DNA from: Prorocentrum cordatum
Lineage: Eukaryota
DNA: 64,000 nucleotides
Assembly (NCBI GenBank): GCA_963575745.1
Contig: CAUYUJ010000170.1
Location: 124,001 to 188,000 of the forward strand
Reading direction: 5' to 3'
Shown: positions 63,040 through 64,000 of the stretch, piece after piece
How positions within the stretch are numbered: position 1 is the stretch's first letter
Layout: each line of letters starts with the position of its first letter
The notes under the pieces: generated by a model
What the model saw: only the letters and a program-made list of their open reading frames with translations
The model's database searches: none
Told to the model about the DNA's origin: nothing
Translations under genes and position numbers: made by a program

Positions 63040-63400
63040 GTCGATCAGCCAGATGCCGCGAGCGCGCCGCGACGTAGAGCTCGGTCTGCAGAGCGCCGTT
63101 GTCCCTTACCTAATGCAACAGCAATCCTCCGAGCAAGGCAATCAGCTGAATCCGCCAGCCACTTATCTGGCCACGAAGCGGCGCTGACGAAATGTCGGCA
63201 GCGCCTTCGCGCTGGCGACCAGAACCCAGGGGCCCTCGGCCCTCGAAGGGCAACAGGGCAGATCCATGCCGGGGCGGGAAGCGACTGCGCGGTCGACGAC
63301 TGACGCCACGGAGGCGCAGACGCCTGGAAGAATCTCACGCCCATCTGAATCGAGCGAGATGGCTGCGGATTGACGCAAAGCAGGGGCAGGGGGCCGAAGC
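63040..63400 (-). mobile_element. Possible RLE-type non-LTR retrotransposon 3' relic
   Basis: CPVA(F)E..G.W...AK followed by RRIAVALGKGQ, resembling the terminal RI...LQ.GNA motif; frameshifted. Confidence 0.25.
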
Positions 63401-63547
63401 GAGGCGGCACCTCGCATCGACCCAGCATCCCCACGACACCTGGCCCATGAGCCGGACGGGATGGCAAGGGGCGGCGCCCCTTCCAGAGCCCCCCCCCCCG
63501 GCCCGAGCCCCGAGTGGCCGCCGGCCACCAGCAGGGGGCCCGCTGTT

Positions 63548-64000
63548 GGAGGCCTGGAAATGGGCACCAACACCAAGACAGAGGGCTGCCTCCACAGGGG
63601 GGGGTGATCCTGGATTTCGGTGTTGGTGGTAATATTTCGGTCACCTTGGAAGCCAGAATATTACCACCATCACCGAGATCGAGATCTTCTTCCCTCGGTG
63701 GAGGCACACCGCCGATATTGGTGTTGGTGTCAATCTCTAGGCCTGCGACGCTGCCCGCGGCTGAGGACGACCGGGGGCAGCAGAAGGAGCTCTCGGATGC
63801 TCCGCCCCAGACTGCTCGGACAGTTCAGGCGCGCCACTGGAGACCTCGCGAGGCCCGTGGAGGGGCCCAGGCTGGAATGCGACCGACCACTGGAGAACTC
63901 GGCTATTCTGGGAGGCCTGGAAATGGGCACCAACACCAAGACAGAGGGCTGCCTCCACAGGGGGGAGGTGATCCTAGATTTCGGTGTTGGTGGTAATATT
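63548..64000. repeat. Direct repeat with a period of about 363 bp, running off the window end
   Basis: GGAGGCCTGGAAATGGGCACCAACACCAAGACAGAGGG... at about 63549 and 63911. Confidence 0.85.

Overview
This is GC-rich, extremely repeat-dense eukaryotic DNA, almost certainly from a dinoflagellate: there is an exact 22-nt DinoSL spliced-leader copy at 23569-23590 and the introns use GA/GC/GT donors. A Prorocentrum-like species is my inference only. Most of the window is intron of one minus-strand gene. Five small exons (56310-56215, 34199-34122, 28893-28858, 20487-20461, 12421-12348; 311 nt over about 44 kb) splice in frame into a CTD-interacting (CID) domain resembling that of U2SURP/SR140. The introns contain microsatellites, minisatellite arrays, several MITE families, decayed LINE endonuclease/RT relics, a decayed cytosine-methyltransferase-like domain, a probable SL-capped retrogene and a Helitron-like insertion. 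The most notable unexplained structure is a family of Helentron/DINE-1-like modular elements. They have a hairpin head, a (CCT)n/(CAT)n microsatellite, an interchangeable central tandem array and a subterminal inverted repeat plus terminal hairpin, and the two ends co-vary between copies. Nearly all ORFs in the supplied track are artefacts of repeats. All protein-family calls come from motif recognition by eye; no searches were run.
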